From: a virus
Lineage: Duplodnaviria > Caudoviricetes
Strand: one strand, 5' to 3'
DNA length: 64,000 nucleotides
IMG/VR virus record: IMGVR_UViG_2910013374_000001
Location: 42,485 to 106,484 of that record
A model generated the notes under the pieces. It was not told the DNA's origin, did no database searches, and saw nothing but the letters and a program-made list of their open reading frames with translations. The translations under genes and the position numbers were made by a program. Shown one piece after another: positions 45,130 to 55,198 of this stretch (positions are counted from its first letter, which is position 1; the number at the start of each line of letters is the position of its first letter).

Positions 45130-47474
45130 TGGCAGATCTAAACGCAAGAATCCTGCCCCTCCGTACAGAAGTACAGGGACGAGAACCTGACGACTTGACG
45201 ATGGTGGGACTGGGGCAGGACCCCATCGATGTGGGCGAGCTGGTCCTCAACCTCGAGGATCGCAAGATCTTTTCCAAGAAATCCGACGGCACGATCGTCA
45301 CCCTTGGATCTGGCTCGTTGGATTCCAATGACCTCCTTCCTGGTGAGCTCCTAGGCCAGGCGCTCGTATGGAACGGCGTGGATTGGGTGAATGGCCCGGT
45401 GCTCGGCGGACTGCCTCCGGCTGCTGTTGGAGGTGATCCCACCACCACCTTCCTCACCAACATGGAGGGCAATGGCAACAACACTGCTGGAGCGAAAGAA
45501 GCGCTCACCTATGTCGGAGACTCTGCCTTCGATTCCAAGACACTGTTCGGCACCGGGAGCGTCTTCAATCCAGGCACCGGATCTTGGGTGAATTGGGAAA
45601 GAAGTCAGGCCTACAAGCTGGACCAGAACGAATGGACTCTCGAGTTTTGGTTCTCGTCGGATGGCGTCCTGGTCGATGATGGCGAATGGATCCTGAGCGC
45701 ATCCGCTGGCGACAGTGGTGACTATGGATGGAGGGAAGAGAATGGCAATTACTGGAGCACCAAGGTTGGAGCCAGGCAGGCCACATTCAGCTATTGGTCA
45801 GGCTCAGAACAGCAGAACATCGTCTGGAATTACGTCCCGCTCGACTACAGCCGCAAGTGGATCAACGTTGTATTTCAAGCAAGCGGCAGTGGCCTGTCCC
45901 TTTGGTTGGATGGCGTCTTCTTTGGGTCCAAGTCGTATGTCAAGAGTGCCGACCCCACAGGATTGCTCCCTCGGCTGACCTTTGGCAGCTTCGAGGAGAG
46001 CACTGAAGGCAACCCTGTCTTCGAGGGGTGGCTTGGTGGTGCACGGATCATTCAAGGGCGGACCCAATACGCGCCATTGGTTGACCACGAGGTCATAGCT
46101 GAGCCCTTCGGGTCGACGGGTGACCTCGGATTCAACCTGCAAAAACTCGAGGATGTCTCGATCAACAGGTTGGAGTTAAAGGACGGCCAGGCCTTGGTCT
46201 ACGACTCCTCGTCCAACACCTTCGCCAATCGTTTTGCTCGCATCCAAGATTCCGGAGACTTCCAGCTGAGCGAGTCGTTGCCGACTGTCGCCAGGTGGGA
46301 TCAAGGGAGTGAATCAAACCCTGGCCAGTACTCAGTTGACGGTGAGACATGGCTACTCAACGTCGTCGATAGCGCGACGAACGATCAGACCTTGCTTATC
46401 GAGGAGGCGAGCACATCAGGGATTCTCTTTTGGTCTGCAGATGGAATCTCTTGGAATGAGACCCCATACAGCGGCTTGTTTTTGGGTGCACTTCTTGTCC
46501 GAATTGACTTTGCAACCGCTCCGCTTCCTGGTCCGAGCTTATTTCTGGCATTCGATACTCCAGGAGCTGAGGTCTCGTATCCGCTAAGAGAAGGAGACAC
46601 TCTCAAGTGGGACGGTGCGAAGCAGGCTTTCCGGCCAATCCCGCTCAGTTCGCTCGGCATCAATGTCAACGACCTGGTCGATGTCAACACACTGACCAAT
46701 CCACCGACTCAAGGACAAGCCTTGGTTTGGGATGCAATCGCTGGGACATGGAAGCCAGGAGACGTCGCGACCGACGTCAGTGGAATCGTTCTGGAGGAGT
46801 TGGCTGACACAGCCTTCACGGGCCTGACAACTGGCCAGATCATTCGATACGACGGATCCAACTGGATCAACGAGACCCTGGACTACAGCCTGGTTCGAAA
46901 CGCACCAACGATCCCCACCACGATCTCCACGCTCGACGACACAGATTTTTCTGATGCACCAACTGTCGGTCAGGTTCTTGTCTGGAATGGAAGCAAATGG
47001 ACTCCAGCGGATCCAACGGGCGGTGGCGGCGGTGGATCTACGACAGCAGGAGCTATCACCGAACGTGCAGACATCACGGTTGGAGCCAGTCTTGACTCGA
47101 ACAGCAGTGCGAATCTTGATTTCAATGGGCTAGGAGAAGCTGGCTCCTTCGTGCAAGTCACTACAAGTTCGGCGGCTTGGGTGCGGTTCTATCCGACCAG
47201 TCAGGATCGATTGAGTGACATAACCAGAGACGAGGACACTGATCCTTTGCCGGGGTCTGGGGTGCTTCTTGAGATCCGAACGAAGCAACCTGGACAGGTC
47301 GTCAAGATCACTCCCGCTGCGCTGTACTACAACAACGATCTTCTCCCCGAGCAGAAGCTTTACGCCAGGGTCACCAATCGCAGTGGCGAAACAGCTCTCG
47401 TCAACGTGACAGTCAGGGCCTTCACTCAGACAGACACCCAGGCAATCTCCGGCGGGACCTTCGGCTCTGGCTAG
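45129..47474 (+). CDS. Tail fibre with LamG-like domain
   Basis: WTLEFWF...LWLDG; LxDV repeats; ends ISGGTFGSG. Confidence 0.8.
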   Translation: MADLNARILPLRTEVQGREPDDLTMVGLGQDPIDVGELVLNLEDRKIFSKKSDGTIVTLGSGSLDSNDLLPGELLGQALVWNGVDWVNGPVLGGLPPAAVGGDPTTTFLTNMEGNGNNTAGAKEALTYVGDSAFDSKTLFGTGSVFNPGTGSWVNWERSQAYKLDQNEWTLEFWFSSDGVLVDDGEWILSASAGDSGDYGWREENGNYWSTKVGARQATFSYWSGSEQQNIVWNYVPLDYSRKWINVVFQASGSGLSLWLDGVFFGSKSYVKSADPTGLLPRLTFGSFEESTEGNPVFEGWLGGARIIQGRTQYAPLVDHEVIAEPFGSTGDLGFNLQKLEDVSINRLELKDGQALVYDSSSNTFANRFARIQDSGDFQLSESLPTVARWDQGSESNPGQYSVDGETWLLNVVDSATNDQTLLIEEASTSGILFWSADGISWNETPYSGLFLGALLVRIDFATAPLPGPSLFLAFDTPGAEVSYPLREGDTLKWDGAKQAFRPIPLSSLGINVNDLVDVNTLTNPPTQGQALVWDAIAGTWKPGDVATDVSGIVLEELADTAFTGLTTGQIIRYDGSNWINETLDYSLVRNAPTIPTTISTLDDTDFSDAPTVGQVLVWNGSKWTPADPTGGGGGGSTTAGAITERADITVGASLDSNSSANLDFNGLGEAGSFVQVTTSSAAWVRFYPTSQDRLSDITRDEDTDPLPGSGVLLEIRTKQPGQVVKITPAALYYNNDLLPEQKLYARVTNRSGETALVNVTVRAFTQTDTQAISGGTFGSG

Positions 47475-47508
47475 CCGGAAGCCTAGCGGCGTCTGACGCC
47501 CAGCCTCC

Positions 47509-50500
47509 GTGACTGACTTCATCGCAAGAATCAAGCCGAAGCGTTCGACGGTTTCTGGTGAAGTTCCTGCGCCTACGGATTTAGAGCTGGCGGAGTTAGC
47601 AGTCAATACGGCCGATGGTGTTCTCTTTACCAAGCACACAGATGGAACGATCAAGTCCATCTCCGGCGGAGGTGGAAGCGGTGGTGGCACGATCGAAAGC
47701 ATCGGAAACGTCGAACCTCGGCAGGTTGCCACCAGCTACGCCTCATGGAACAACGGCGAGAGCGCAACGAGTGCCGGTGGGTGGTTTTACGACATCGATG
47801 CAAGTTCTACTCTCACTCTCAACAAGGAAGATGCCAACGGCGACCTCGTTACGCCATACGTCTCAACACTGCCAGCGAGTGGAACGTTTTGGTGGAGTAA
47901 CGACGACATCAACTTCCTTGCGACCGCTTACAGCAACCTGGCAATCAATGGTGCGGCAGGACTGATCACCTTCGACGTCGTCGAACTACCAGGGATTCAG
48001 AGCTCCTCAACGCTTTACGTCGCCTGGGCGGATCCGTACAGCGAATCGGCCAGCTTCGACGGCGATCTCTTGGTGTTCGATGCCACGAAGGGTCAATGGG
48101 TCCCAACGTCTGCAGAGCTAAGCGTCCCGAACAAACTCGTGGACCTGGATGACGTCGATCTGACACCGACTGAGCTTGTCGACGACCTTCCGGTGGTCTG
48201 GGATGGATCGAGCCAGACGTTCAAGGCGGACTTCCCGCTCCTCTCTATTGACCCACAGGAGGGGGCACGTTCATTTGGAGGCAGCCTTGGACTGCTTGGA
48301 CCTTCTACTTTTTACGGAATACCCCAAGACGCAGTGGGGGACGGCTGGACAGACCTGAATTTGACCGGTGATGACCGGTCCCACCGTCTCCAAACCCCAG
48401 CGGATTTAGTCGGTGTCGTGTTCTATGGCAAGCCAATTCCGGCCGAGATTCTCTTCGACACCAATGGGGCCCTTTACTGGGGAGTCAATGCGCAAGAGAT
48501 AAGTTTTATCGGCGGAGGCGACATACGCGACGACGCAGACAGAGGCAGCGAGTTTTTTCTCGCTTTGTGGAGTCAAGACACACAGGCAAGGGCCACGTTT
48601 GAGCAGTTCGATGGAACGACCTGGACCCTTCGACTAGAGCAGCGGCTCCCCTACAACAGCCAAAACGGAGTTCCAGTTGAGGTCAGCTTCAAGACCGATG
48701 GCACGATCAGGGTGATCTATGGCAGCAACAGTGGATCCGACATCCAACTCGGCTCCCGACGCCAGGGAATCGTTATTGATGATGAGCTGATTGTTGGTGG
48801 CTGGAGCTATCAAGGAGATGGTCACCTTGGAAACTTCACTTGGGAGACGTTCAAGATCCTCGGCGGCGGTCGGGGGATAGAAGATCTATCAAACGTCTCA
48901 CGAACACTTCCAGCGCAGGGAGAAGTCCTGCAGTGGGACGAAAACTTTCAACAATTCCGACCCGGTCCGGTCTTAACTCTTAGTGATTCAGCACCTATTG
49001 TCGATCAGTATCACGTTATTGCTGAAGAAGATGTAATAGTTTCCGGCAATATCGACGAAGGCACGTGGGGAATTGATTATGGGATCATCATTTTTGGTAC
49101 GCAAAACCCTTCTATTCCTGTTGATGACCTGAGAAGGTTGCAACCTGGGGACGAACTTACATTCACTAAGGATGGCTTTCCACCTTTCAATGTAAAAGTC
49201 GACCAAGCAGCGCAACCACTTCTATCGTATTCAGATGTTGAGTATGTCGATCTGTTATTACAGGCACCTGCTGAACTTAGTTACGTTGCTGGCGTAGCAA
49301 TCAGTTCCCCTCGGTTTGAGGATGGAGCTACTGACGGACAAGCGACCCAGTACATCCTTCAATGGCACGATTCCGATCAGAAATATAAAACTGCTGAGCT
49401 CCGTTTACCTGAAGCTGCTGTCGGGAGTGTCAACGAACAGACAGGTGAAGTAAGCCTGGGCATCCAGGACATGAATGATGTCTTACTCCCTGGAGGAAAT
49501 CTTTCAGACGGCGACATCCTGAAGTGGAATAACGGACTTCAATCGTTCGTGGGTGCTCAGCTTCCTGAGCCCTCCGTCAATCTCGATGACCTCGAGGACG
49601 TTGATCTCGCCACGACACTTCCAACTGACAGACAGGTGCTGGGCTACGACGCGGCAAGCCAGGGATGGAAACCGCTAACGGTGGCTTTCGATGATGAGAT
49701 AGATGCGATAGAGGCTTGGGTTGAGGCCAAGGGCTATGCAACCGAAACCTGGACCGAGTCTTTCGTTGATGCGCAGGACTTTGCGACCGAGGCTTGGGTT
49801 GATCTATGGCTTCTGGCGAAGAACTACGCGACGAAGACCTGGGTTACAGACAAGAACTACGCCGCCCAAGTCTGGGTCGAAAATAAGAACTACGCCACAG
49901 AGTCTTGGGTTGAAAATAAGACTTATGCAACAGAGGCCTGGGTTGAAGAAAAGAGTTATGCAACAGAGGTCTGGGTTGAAGAGAAGAGTTATGCAAGCGA
50001 GACCTGGGTCGAAGAGAAGAGTTACGCCACGGAGACCTGGGTCCAAGCAGAGATCCAGGCAGAGATTGGAGCGCTTCAAGCTGAGGTTTTAACCCTGCAG
50101 GACCAGCTCGAAACCAAGATCGACCCAGCCCCGCAAGACGGATCTGCTTACGTTCGTCAGGACGGACAGTGGCTCAGCCTCGCTGGAGTTCTTGCTGCTC
50201 TTGGCTTCCAGCCCGGTGGCGGTGGAGGTCCTCAGACGCCAGACGTCCCTGAAGTCATCAATGGCGGTGACTTCTCAACCGGTGCTGCTGGAAGTGTCGA
50301 CCTGACTCTTGCTGGTGGCAACTTCACGACAGGATCAGCTGGCAACAGTGACGCGACCCTCGACGGAGGCAACTTCTCTGGCGGCACCGTGACCGCTTCT
50401 GGTGGTGACTTCACGACTGGCGCGGCTGGTGGTATCGATGCGAGCTACGGCGGTGGGGACTTCAGCAGCGGAGCCCCTGGCCAGTCCAATGTGACTCTCG

Positions 50501-51345
50501 ACGGCGGTTTCATCTCGCCTGACATTCTTGAGGAAACTCTCAGTGGCGGCGACTTCACCAGTGGAGTCGGTGGAACCGACGACAGGTCCTTCGGTGGCGG
50601 CGACTTCCGCAGTGGTCAGTCCAGTGGTTCGGATGAATATCTCGACGGTGGAGTCTTCTCTTCAGGTAGCGGTGGCCCCTCTTTCGGCGGCGGCGACTTC
50701 GGATCCGGTGGTTCTGGTGGGCCCGACGTCACTCTGAGCGGTGGCAATTTCTCGAGCGGAGAATCAGGCTCGACCGATATCACCCTTGATGGCGGAGTCC
50801 TCGATGGTGGTGGATTGCTGGCTGGTGGCGGTGACTTCATCAGCGGCGGATTCGGTGGTCCTGACATCACTTATGGAGGCGGCGACTTCTCAGCCGGTGG
50901 TTCTGGCTCTGAGGACGTGACTCTTGATGGAGGCTTCTTCGAGGGTGATGGCCTGACGACCGGTGGCGGCGACTTCACTGCTGGTGGATCCGGCGGCCCC
51001 GATGTGACTTACGGAGGCGGTGACTTCTCGACCGGAGGCCCTGGCTCTGGTGATGTGAACCTTGATGGTGGTGACTTCGGCGGCCCTGAAGCAAGCGGCG
51101 GTGACTTCACTTCCGGCCAATCCGGTGATGACAACTCAACCTATGGAGCCGGAGACTTCTCGACCGGAACATCCTCGGGAGAGTCAGTGACCATGGATGG
51201 TGGCGACTTCACCGCTGAGGGTGGTGGCGACTTCACGAGCGGCGGAGCGGGTGGAGCTGATGTGACATTTGGGGCTGGCGACTTCACTTCCGGCGAGTCA
51301 TCTGGAGCCGCTGTCGAAATGGATGGAGGCGACTTCAGCAGCTGA
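47509..51345 (+). CDS. Tail fibre with YATExWV hendecad repeats and 24 C-terminal GGxF motifs
   Basis: Repeats read directly from the translation. Confidence 0.82.
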   Translation: MTDFIARIKPKRSTVSGEVPAPTDLELAELAVNTADGVLFTKHTDGTIKSISGGGGSGGGTIESIGNVEPRQVATSYASWNNGESATSAGGWFYDIDASSTLTLNKEDANGDLVTPYVSTLPASGTFWWSNDDINFLATAYSNLAINGAAGLITFDVVELPGIQSSSTLYVAWADPYSESASFDGDLLVFDATKGQWVPTSAELSVPNKLVDLDDVDLTPTELVDDLPVVWDGSSQTFKADFPLLSIDPQEGARSFGGSLGLLGPSTFYGIPQDAVGDGWTDLNLTGDDRSHRLQTPADLVGVVFYGKPIPAEILFDTNGALYWGVNAQEISFIGGGDIRDDADRGSEFFLALWSQDTQARATFEQFDGTTWTLRLEQRLPYNSQNGVPVEVSFKTDGTIRVIYGSNSGSDIQLGSRRQGIVIDDELIVGGWSYQGDGHLGNFTWETFKILGGGRGIEDLSNVSRTLPAQGEVLQWDENFQQFRPGPVLTLSDSAPIVDQYHVIAEEDVIVSGNIDEGTWGIDYGIIIFGTQNPSIPVDDLRRLQPGDELTFTKDGFPPFNVKVDQAAQPLLSYSDVEYVDLLLQAPAELSYVAGVAISSPRFEDGATDGQATQYILQWHDSDQKYKTAELRLPEAAVGSVNEQTGEVSLGIQDMNDVLLPGGNLSDGDILKWNNGLQSFVGAQLPEPSVNLDDLEDVDLATTLPTDRQVLGYDAASQGWKPLTVAFDDEIDAIEAWVEAKGYATETWTESFVDAQDFATEAWVDLWLLAKNYATKTWVTDKNYAAQVWVENKNYATESWVENKTYATEAWVEEKSYATEVWVEEKSYASETWVEEKSYATETWVQAEIQAEIGALQAEVLTLQDQLETKIDPAPQDGSAYVRQDGQWLSLAGVLAALGFQPGGGGGPQTPDVPEVINGGDFSTGAAGSVDLTLAGGNFTTGSAGNSDATLDGGNFSGGTVTASGGDFTTGAAGGIDASYGGGDFSSGAPGQSNVTLDGGFISPDILEETLSGGDFTSGVGGTDDRSFGGGDFRSGQSSGSDEYLDGGVFSSGSGGPSFGGGDFGSGGSGGPDVTLSGGNFSSGESGSTDITLDGGVLDGGGLLAGGGDFISGGFGGPDITYGGGDFSAGGSGSEDVTLDGGFFEGDGLTTGGGDFTAGGSGGPDVTYGGGDFSTGGPGSGDVNLDGGDFGGPEASGGDFTSGQSGDDNSTYGAGDFSTGTSSGESVTMDGGDFTAEGGGDFTSGGAGGADVTFGAGDFTSGESSGAAVEMDGGDFSS
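49735..50046 (+). repeat. ~33-bp coding tandem repeats (YATETWVEEKS)
   Basis: About nine imperfect copies. Confidence 0.85.
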
Positions 51346-51346
51346 T

Positions 51347-51405
51347 CGAGGCCCTCTCAAAGACAAGATCTGCGCCCGTACATGAAACGGGTGCAGAACC
51401 AGAGG
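51347..51405 (-). repeat. Dispersed 59-bp element, copy 4 (inverted)
   Basis: CGAGGCCCTCTCAAAGACAAGATCTGC-N22-GAACCAGAGG on + strand. Confidence 0.9.
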
Positions 51406-51444
51406 TTCCCGGAACCCTGACTGCGAAACCACAGCGTCACCCCG

Positions 51445-53142
51445 ATGCCAGTCCCCTCCCCACGCTCGAAGCTGCTGCCCGCACGGGGTAACGCAGCCGA
51501 TCTACTTGCCAATGTCTCCGCCCTTGTCGAGGGTGAGATCTGTTATGCGATCGACGAAAATTCCTACTACCAGAAAGTCGGCGCCTCCCTCGTAAAAGTT
51601 TCAGGCGGATCAGGATCCGGAACTTCTTACGACGACACCGCTCTTGCTGGTCGCGTGACAACGGTCGAGGGAGAGGTTGATGCTCTTGAGACAACCGTTG
51701 CTGGGCTCTCCAGCTATGACGACACCGCTCTTGCTGGTCGCGTGACGACTGTCGAAGGCGACGTTGATGCCCTGGAGACCACCGTTGCTGGGCTCTCCAG
51801 CTATGACGACACCGCTATCGACGGCCGTGTCACTCAACTCGAATCAGACGTCTCTGGTCTGAGTGCCTACGACGACACTGCACTGGCTGCTCGCGTGACT
51901 CTCGCCGAGAGCGACGTCGATACTCTCGAGACCGACGTCGATACTCTCGAGACCGATGCAACTGCGTTGGCTGCTCGCGTGGCTCTCGCTGAAGGTGAAA
52001 TCACCGACATCAAAGCCGATGCGCTCACCACGGCTGCAATCGACACAACTCAACAGTTAGCTCTGAATGATCTAGGCCCCCGAGTCACCACTCTTGAGAG
52101 CTCTACATATAACGGCCCCACCATCAGTGGTGACTTCGGAATAGCAACCGGGACCGCAGCCTTCGCTCCGGGGGATGGGAGTGTCCTCACCTTTACTGCG
52201 ACGGGCGATCAGTTTCACACTTTTACTGTGGGAAATACATACCCTCAAGGCGGGGTATCCGGAACTACTTGGGCATTGGACAACGGGAGTGTTTTCTATG
52301 GCTTGAATGAACCCACGATTCCTGTCGATGATCTAAGAAGATTGCAAGTTGGGGACGAGGTTACATTTATCATCCCTGGAGAATCAGTTCCTTTCACGGC
52401 TACAGTTACCCAATCAAACACAACAGCCACTTCTGAGATTGAGTACTTAATCCTGGGCTTACAAAATCCTGCCGGTACGAGTTTTATACCTGGGACAACA
52501 ATCAGTTCTCCAAAGTTTCAGGATGGAATCACCGAAGGCCTTTACTTCCCTGCGCCCTCTAGCTCTTCCCTCAGCTCCCTGACCGATGTTGATGCACTCA
52601 CTCCATCGGATGGCAATGTTCTCGCTTACAACAACACAGCCGGTAAGTGGGAGCCAACTGCACCAGCAACCGGTGGCGGTTCCGGTGGAGAGATCACTGG
52701 TCAATACAACATCGACACCGGCATCGCTGAAGCTCCTCCCCAGGAAGGACAAGTGCTGACCTGGAATGAGTCCGCCGGCTACTACTTGCCATCGGCTCCT
52801 TCCGGCGGCGGCGGCGGATCCTCGACCGTGACCGGTGACATCGAGATCGATCAAGGAATTGCGGCGTCCTCTCCGCAAGCAAATACCGCGTTGATGTTCA
52901 ACGCGATTGCAAACAAATTCATCCCTAGTGAGACATTCCGAATCGTTGGCATCGCACTGACTTTTGCCGACACATCAGCGAAACCAATATGGGAAGATCC
53001 CGGCACCGTTGGTGATGTTTTCATCGACGCTTACGACTGGACGATGGTCATCTACACCGGTCCGTTTGATCCGAACGAGGGCGCTGGTGGCTGGCTTCAG
53101 ATCGATATGAACCAATCGGGTGGCGGTGGAGGCCTTGCCTGA
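51445..53142 (+). CDS. Tail fibre with YDDTALAGRVTTVE coiled-coil repeats
   Basis: N-terminal RG...L.EGEI.Y..D domain; 87-bp near-perfect duplication from 51628. Confidence 0.8.
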   Translation: MPVPSPRSKLLPARGNAADLLANVSALVEGEICYAIDENSYYQKVGASLVKVSGGSGSGTSYDDTALAGRVTTVEGEVDALETTVAGLSSYDDTALAGRVTTVEGDVDALETTVAGLSSYDDTAIDGRVTQLESDVSGLSAYDDTALAARVTLAESDVDTLETDVDTLETDATALAARVALAEGEITDIKADALTTAAIDTTQQLALNDLGPRVTTLESSTYNGPTISGDFGIATGTAAFAPGDGSVLTFTATGDQFHTFTVGNTYPQGGVSGTTWALDNGSVFYGLNEPTIPVDDLRRLQVGDEVTFIIPGESVPFTATVTQSNTTATSEIEYLILGLQNPAGTSFIPGTTISSPKFQDGITEGLYFPAPSSSSLSSLTDVDALTPSDGNVLAYNNTAGKWEPTAPATGGGSGGEITGQYNIDTGIAEAPPQEGQVLTWNESAGYYLPSAPSGGGGGSSTVTGDIEIDQGIAASSPQANTALMFNAIANKFIPSETFRIVGIALTFADTSAKPIWEDPGTVGDVFIDAYDWTMVIYTGPFDPNEGAGGWLQIDMNQSGGGGGLA

Positions 53143-53166
53143 TCTCGGTCTGAACTGAACAGTTTT

Positions 53167-53193
53167 GGCTTCGCTTCGGCGGGGCCTTTTTTT
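53167..53193 (+). terminator. Intrinsic terminator
   Basis: GGCTTCGC-TTCG-GCGGGGCC + T7. Confidence 0.8.
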
Positions 53194-53237
53194 GTGCCTG
53201 CAGTCCGGAACCCTAGGCCGCTTCTGCCAGCCCAGCC

Positions 53238-54308
53238 GTGACCCTTTTCATTGGAGAACAGTCGACTACAGGCTTGAACCTGTACGACGGCGACCCGACT
53301 GAATTGTCAGTCTGGGGCTGGGTAAACGATCGGCTGATCGACTGGCTGGGAGAGATTTGCGACCCCCAATTTGGGGCAATCACCAATGCCGGGTCGGGGT
53401 ATATCGACGGCGTCTACACCGAAGTGGAGTTGCGGAGAACGGCTTCGACTCAGACTGGTGGCAACCACATGCTTTGCACAGTCACTATCGCTGGCGGCGG
53501 TGTGAGTGATGTGCAGATCTCCCAAAAGGGCAACGGATTCAAGACTGGAGACGAGCTGAATATCCCGAACGTTGCACAGGTCGGAGGAAGCGGCTCTGGC
53601 TTCACCATTGTTCTCGATTCTGCGAATGCAAGCCTCGGCTTCATTTATGACGTCACCAGAGCTGGAACAGATTCCTTGAAGGGATTCATGTTTGGAGCAG
53701 AAAGGCAAAACAGCTATAACCGAGGACTCTTTTACTACAAAACAAGCAACACATCAAGCACCCGAGTCTATGATTTTAGATCCCACACTCCAGGCACATC
53801 AAATAACAACTACGGCTCTTTTGACGTAAATAGCAACCCGATTATAAATACATATCACGACGGCGATGGAGACGGATACGCTGTTCGTGTTGCTTATTCC
53901 ACAGAGCCAGATGATCGTTGGTTCGTCATGACAGATAATGCTTACTTCAGCCATTTTGAGTTGTTCGAGACGCTTCAACCTGCAGGGGGTGTCTATGCAG
54001 ATTCAGCGGTTGCCTCTAGATGGTGCTGGGGAATTGGTACTACCACTATGACAATGTATCCATTGATCGGTGTCGACAAAGACAGGGAATTGTTTGGCTA
54101 TTCAGAGCATAGTCCTAGGAGATCAGCAGACGATGATGTGCTCTTTACTGGCCAGGCTGTCTATGGAGATTCCTATGTAGTTGGCATCATGCCGCCAGGG
54201 CTTGGATACCACAAAGCTTTCGGCGGAAGCTTTAGTAAGCAACTTCAAAACAATACCGAAGTTTGGGATGTCTTTGGTCAATGTCTCTTCGCGAGGACTT
54301 CAAAGTGA
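53238..54308 (+). CDS. Putative receptor-binding/structural protein
   Basis: GSGY.DG.Y..V...GG.V..V.I...G.G...GD.L domain like the tail-tube extension; AT-richer 3' half. Confidence 0.6.
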   Translation: MTLFIGEQSTTGLNLYDGDPTELSVWGWVNDRLIDWLGEICDPQFGAITNAGSGYIDGVYTEVELRRTASTQTGGNHMLCTVTIAGGGVSDVQISQKGNGFKTGDELNIPNVAQVGGSGSGFTIVLDSANASLGFIYDVTRAGTDSLKGFMFGAERQNSYNRGLFYYKTSNTSSTRVYDFRSHTPGTSNNNYGSFDVNSNPIINTYHDGDGDGYAVRVAYSTEPDDRWFVMTDNAYFSHFELFETLQPAGGVYADSAVASRWCWGIGTTTMTMYPLIGVDKDRELFGYSEHSPRRSADDDVLFTGQAVYGDSYVVGIMPPGLGYHKAFGGSFSKQLQNNTEVWDVFGQCLFARTSK

Positions 54309-55198
54309 GTATTACTTTTGACTACCTCAACTACAGGAACTCAATCTCGAATGCGTTCGATCCATCTACCGAGTGGTTTTCTTTTCTGGCGGTAAAGCTC
54401 GCCGATTGGGCTGGAAAAGTCGGTCCAAACAAGATGGAGCTGCTCACCGGTGTTCAGCAATGGCAGGAAAGCGGTTATGACTGGGGGTCCACCTCTTCAA
54501 ACCTTTCTATTCAGTTGGCTTTTAAGATGGACGATGAGCGAGATGGCAGTTTCTCTCAGCCTTACTGGAGCTCACTGAGATGGATGGCAGGGAATAACTG
54601 GTATTTTTATTGCTTCGCAGAAAAGATCAATAAGAACAGTTCTCGCGACACTTATGGAAAGTTTTTTACCACTGACTCAGACCAGCTCGGATCAAGTTAT
54701 CAGCATTTTTATGGACCGAATGTGACTCAGGGCTATCAACTCGCCGTTTGCTATTCAGATACGCCTGGCAAAGAATTCTTTGCGATCAGCGATAGTCAAA
54801 GTTCGTCCTCAATCTTTGGGTTGAATTGTGTCATAGCAAAGACGGAACCTCGACCAGGCCTCACTCCTGGACACAACCAGGGCTGGGCTGTGTTCAGCGG
54901 AAACAACGCTTTCACCTGGGGGTTGAATCAATTCAGCGAACGATATTCACCCCTCTCAGGTGGAGTCGATCCCTGGGGCAGCGTTGGCAGCGGAGGCACA
55001 AACCCAGATATACCTTACTTAAAAATAGACCCACCTGTTTACAGTTATACAAACAATTGGGTGGCAAATTCCAAAACAGTTAGTTACTCGAATGTTGCTG
55101 GAAAATCACTAAACGTGGTCCAGATTCCTGATGGTCGTCAGTTCATGACCTGGAGAAATGGGTTGGTCATCGATGTCACTGGTGAAGGGATTCTCTGA
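54305..55198 (+). CDS. Hypothetical structural protein (AT-richer)
   Basis: GTGA coupling at 54305; aromatic/Ser-rich. Confidence 0.6.
   Translation: MSITFDYLNYRNSISNAFDPSTEWFSFLAVKLADWAGKVGPNKMELLTGVQQWQESGYDWGSTSSNLSIQLAFKMDDERDGSFSQPYWSSLRWMAGNNWYFYCFAEKINKNSSRDTYGKFFTTDSDQLGSSYQHFYGPNVTQGYQLAVCYSDTPGKEFFAISDSQSSSSIFGLNCVIAKTEPRPGLTPGHNQGWAVFSGNNAFTWGLNQFSERYSPLSGGVDPWGSVGSGGTNPDIPYLKIDPPVYSYTNNWVANSKTVSYSNVAGKSLNVVQIPDGRQFMTWRNGLVIDVTGEGIL

Noticed and set aside
6471-51405. 59-bp element as mini-CRISPR, riboswitch or coding repeat
   Set aside because: Copies are solitary, intergenic and in both orientations; hairpin pairing is not consistent across all four; overlapping ORF-track translations are incidental
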